DNA of 64,000 bases from Candidatus Latescibacterota bacterium (lineage in GTDB: Bacteria; Latescibacterota; UBA2968; GCA-2709665), in assembly GCA_965203805.1 (NCBI GenBank), contig OZ241917.1, forward strand, positions 480,001 to 544,000, written 5' to 3'. The position numbers and the translations under genes are program-made. Positions within the stretch are counted from its first letter, which is position 1. Each line of letters opens with the position of its first letter. Of this stretch, positions 61,170-64,000 are shown one piece after another. Under the pieces are notes generated by a model, which saw only the letters and a program-made list of their open reading frames with translations, was not told the DNA's origin and did no database searches.

Positions 61170-61229
61170 GAAAAATTAGCCACTTCGAACAGGGATAGGG
61201 GAAGTGTTATTGCCGAACTCACCTCACGC

Positions 61230-61445
61230 ATGGTTTCTCAGTCGCGCGTGATTGCCAGAGGTGAACGGATCCGCGACCTTGATCGATTGGTACGCACTTT
61301 TGGTGGCCGAAGATCCAGATGGACGAAAAAGAGCAGCCCGCGTTTCGAGATTCACGGTTTCCATTACGAATATCACTGGTACGAACATCCGGATGCGGGC
61401 CGTGTCGAACTGAAACGGAAGAGAGTCGCCGCCAATGACGGTTAG
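61230..61445 (+). CDS. Small basic hypothetical protein with HWYE motif
   Basis: IARGERIRDLDRLVRTFGG..RWTKK...YHWYEH..GRVELKRK; overlaps the next gene by 11 bp. Confidence 0.7.
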   Translation: MVSQSRVIARGERIRDLDRLVRTFGGRRSRWTKKSSPRFEIHGFHYEYHWYEHPDAGRVELKRKRVAANDG

Positions 61446-61767
61446 ATTTCGAAGCCAACGCGCAGACTACCCCGATCTGACTCCCGGGCAGGAATATGGG
61501 GTTATCGGAATCGAAGCGGATGATTTGCGTGTCTTAAGCGATCAAGGTCGACCGTACCTGTATCCCGCGGACGCATTCGAGATTGTGAATTCTCGTGAGC
61601 CAGGAGATTGGATTACGGTTTACGGAGAAGACGGTGAGCGGTACGCATACCCGCCACCGCTGAATGGCAATGGATTCTTTGAAGACTTCTTCGACGAAGA
61701 CGAGGAGGCCGTTGCCGTCTTTTGGCGAACTGTTAATCAGCGTTTGGCTGACACGATGGCGGTTTAA
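61435..61767 (+). CDS. Small acidic hypothetical protein (putative antitoxin/immunity partner)
   Basis: YPDLTPGQEYGVIGIE..LRVLSDQGRPYLYPADAF, GFFEDFFD; strongly acidic. Confidence 0.75.
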   Translation: MTVRFRSQRADYPDLTPGQEYGVIGIEADDLRVLSDQGRPYLYPADAFEIVNSREPGDWITVYGEDGERYAYPPPLNGNGFFEDFFDEDEEAVAVFWRTVNQRLADTMAV

Positions 61768-61788
61768 TGGGAATTGTGTTGCACATTT

Positions 61789-61819
61789 GCCCTGCTCTGA
61801 TCGGCAGGGCTTTTTTTTT
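61789..61819 (+). terminator. Intrinsic terminator
   Basis: GCCCTGC...GCAGGGC + T9. Confidence 0.8.
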
Positions 61820-62126
61820 CTGCAAGCTATCGAAACCGGTACCGATGGTCCTACAGGCAGTGACCCGTAATGGGTCCCACCTGCCCCACAATCGGAACCG
61901 TGAACGCCGAGCGTGCGGACCCATTATTTGTCCCGGCTCTCCAGTCTTGTACGATACCCCGCCAGTGTCTGATGCCGCTGCAATCCAGTGTTCGATACGG
62001 CGCATGGTTTCAGGATTTACCTTGTAAGCCCGTCGGATTGGAGTTATATTTGAAGCTTTTGGGCGGATTTCCAGGAGGTCCGAATCGAAGCGCCCGACGG
62101 ACGTTCATTTGATCGGAGAAATCCCG

Positions 62127-63113
62127 ATGTTGAAATATATCGCGTGGCGAATCCTGATGATGATTCCCACGCTCTTCGCCATTTCCATCGTGTCGTTCCT
62201 GATCATCCAGCTTCCGCCTGGGGACTTTCTCACCTCGTACCTGGCGCAGCTCACGTCAATGGGCGAGACGGTGAGCGAAGAGGTCATCGAGGCGCTGAGG
62301 GCGCGGTACGGACTGGGCAGTCCGGTCTACGTCCAGTACTGGACCTGGATGACCGGGATCATCACCCAGGGCGATTTCGGAATGTCCCTTCTGTGGGGCC
62401 GGCCCGTGAGCGAACTGCTCTGGGAGCGGGTCAGCCTGACGGTGATGGTGAGCGCGAGTTCGGTGCTCTTCATCTGGGTGGTCGCGATTCCCATCGGCAT
62501 CTATTCCGCGGTGCGGCAATATTCAATCGGCGATTACATCTTCACGTTTCTGGGCTTCCTGGGGTTGGCCACGCCGCCGTTCATGCTGGCGCTGATCGCG
62601 CTGTGGATCGTCTTCGTGTCCACGGGAAGCGTGCTGGTGGGGCTCTTTTCGCCGGAGTTCATCGACGCGCCGTGGTCGATCGCCAAGGCATTGGACCTGC
62701 TTGCCCATCTGTGGATTCCAATGGTCATCCTGGGTACCGCGGGGACCGCCGGGACGATCCGAGTGATCCGCGCCCAGATGCTGGATGAACTGCACAAGCC
62801 CTATGTGGTGACCGCCAGGGCGAAAGGCGTTTCGGAACTGAAGCTGCTCTTCAAGTATCCCGTGCGGATCGCCCTGAATCCCTTCTTCAGTACCCTGGGA
62901 TGGCTGCTGCCACGGCTGATCGCCGGTGAGATCCTGGTGTCCATCGTGTTGAATCTGCCCACCACGGGGCCGCTGCTCCTGGGAGCCCTGACCAATCAGG
63001 ATATGTACCTGGCCGGGAGCTTTATGCTGATCCTGAGCACGTTAACCGTGATCGGGACGCTGATTTCGGACATTCTGCTCGCGTGGGTGGATCCGAGAAT
63101 CCGGTACTCATAG
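62127..63113 (+). CDS. Peptide/oligosaccharide ABC transporter permease (DppB/OppB family)
   Basis: LPPGD, GDFGMS, EAA-like YVVTARAKGVSE, DILLAWVDPRIR. Confidence 0.92.
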   Translation: MLKYIAWRILMMIPTLFAISIVSFLIIQLPPGDFLTSYLAQLTSMGETVSEEVIEALRARYGLGSPVYVQYWTWMTGIITQGDFGMSLLWGRPVSELLWERVSLTVMVSASSVLFIWVVAIPIGIYSAVRQYSIGDYIFTFLGFLGLATPPFMLALIALWIVFVSTGSVLVGLFSPEFIDAPWSIAKALDLLAHLWIPMVILGTAGTAGTIRVIRAQMLDELHKPYVVTARAKGVSELKLLFKYPVRIALNPFFSTLGWLLPRLIAGEILVSIVLNLPTTGPLLLGALTNQDMYLAGSFMLILSTLTVIGTLISDILLAWVDPRIRYS

Positions 63114-63123
63114 AACATCGGCT

Positions 63124-64000
63124 GTGCCGGAGAATGGACAGGAGACGCACAAGATCGCTACGGAACCGCAAGACAAGAGACATTCAGAGCGTCGGCCGCA
63201 GACAGGCGGGACGTTGAAGGGTGTCGTCGGAAAGCTGCAGGAAGTCGGAATCCCCGGGTTCCGCCGGAGCCGCAAAGCCCGGCAGGCCGGCGAGGAAACC
63301 GGGGCGCAGGTGCTGGTGGCCTCCCAGTGGCGGCTGATGTGGTGGAAGTTCCGCAAACACCAGCTGGCGAAGTTCGCGGGTGCGGTCCTGATTCTTTTCT
63401 ATCTGGTGGCGGGTTTCTGTGAATTCGTGGCGCCGCACGATCCGCACCGCCTGAACACAGAGTATATTCACGCGCCTCCTCAGAAGGTTCGATTCTTCGA
63501 CGTCGAGGGGGCGTTTCATGTCAGGCCTTTCGTGTACCGGCACGTGCAGCAGCGGGACCGGGTCACCCTCCGCCTTACCTATCACGAGGACCGATCCAGG
63601 CGCTTCCCGATTCGATTCCTTGTCGCGGGAGACCCGTATGCCCTGTGGGGGTGGCTCCCCATGCGACGCCATCTGATCGGTCTCGAAGATGGAGAACGCC
63701 TGTTCCTGCTGGGCGCCGACCGCATGGGCCGGGACCTGCTGTCCCGCATCGCGTACGGGGCGCGGGTCTCGCTCTCCATCGGATTGATCGGCATTGCCAT
63801 CAGTTTCGTTCTGGGCCTGATCATGGGTGGGATTTCCGGGTACTTCGGAGGGAGAATCGACGACGTCATCCAGCGGCTGATCGAGTTCATTATGGGTATT
63901 CCGGGTCTGCCCCTCTGGATGACGCTCAGCGCCGCGCTGCCCCCGGACTGGCCGATCATCCGGGTCTATTTCGGCATTACGATCATTCTGGCATTCGTGG
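63124..64000 (+). CDS. ABC transporter permease (DppC/OppC family), runs off the window
   Basis: Manual translation: SQWRLMWWKFRKHQLA...FLLGADRMGRDLLSRIAYGARVSLSIG...GGISGYFGG..DDVIQR. Start uncertain. Confidence 0.88.
   Translation, partial: MPENGQETHKIATEPQDKRHSERRPQTGGTLKGVVGKLQEVGIPGFRRSRKARQAGEETGAQVLVASQWRLMWWKFRKHQLAKFAGAVLILFYLVAGFCEFVAPHDPHRLNTEYIHAPPQKVRFFDVEGAFHVRPFVYRHVQQRDRVTLRLTYHEDRSRRFPIRFLVAGDPYALWGWLPMRRHLIGLEDGERLFLLGADRMGRDLLSRIAYGARVSLSIGLIGIAISFVLGLIMGGISGYFGGRIDDVIQRLIEFIMGIPGLPLWMTLSAALPPDWPIIRVYFGITIILAFV

Overview
GC-rich bacterial chromosomal segment. The DFDGxGxVDFxDFLxFAxxFG module, PhyH-HEAT fusion and heparinase-like genes suggest an FCB-group organism such as Latescibacterota or Gemmatimonadota; this is an inference. 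Housekeeping genes: dapL, nadB, guaA, glnA, hrcA-grpE-dnaJ, a mraY homologue, tRNA-Glu(CTC) and peptide ABC permeases. Other genes cover catabolism (MaoC/CitE/CoA-transferase trio, deacetylases, heparinase II/III-like, M20 peptidases, GGT, enolase family, GH5) and an NHL/large OMP/BamA-family operon. Accessory DNA includes an AT-rich, frameshifted M15-peptidase + FG-GAP pair at the left edge, RavA-ViaA, a MazEF-type TA pair, a truncated IS630 next to the tRNA, an uncharacterised HWYE two-gene module and several families of short palindromic intergenic repeats. The most striking item is missing from the ORF track: a divergent methionyl-tRNA synthetase (HLGF/KIGKS motifs) sits behind a complete apparent ribosome-dependent attenuator. 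It has a 52-aa leader with Met-Tyr-Met and 1:2/2:3/3:4 pairings, followed by a second Met-Cys-Met element able to sequester the metG SD and start codon. All product calls come from motif recognition, not database searches.
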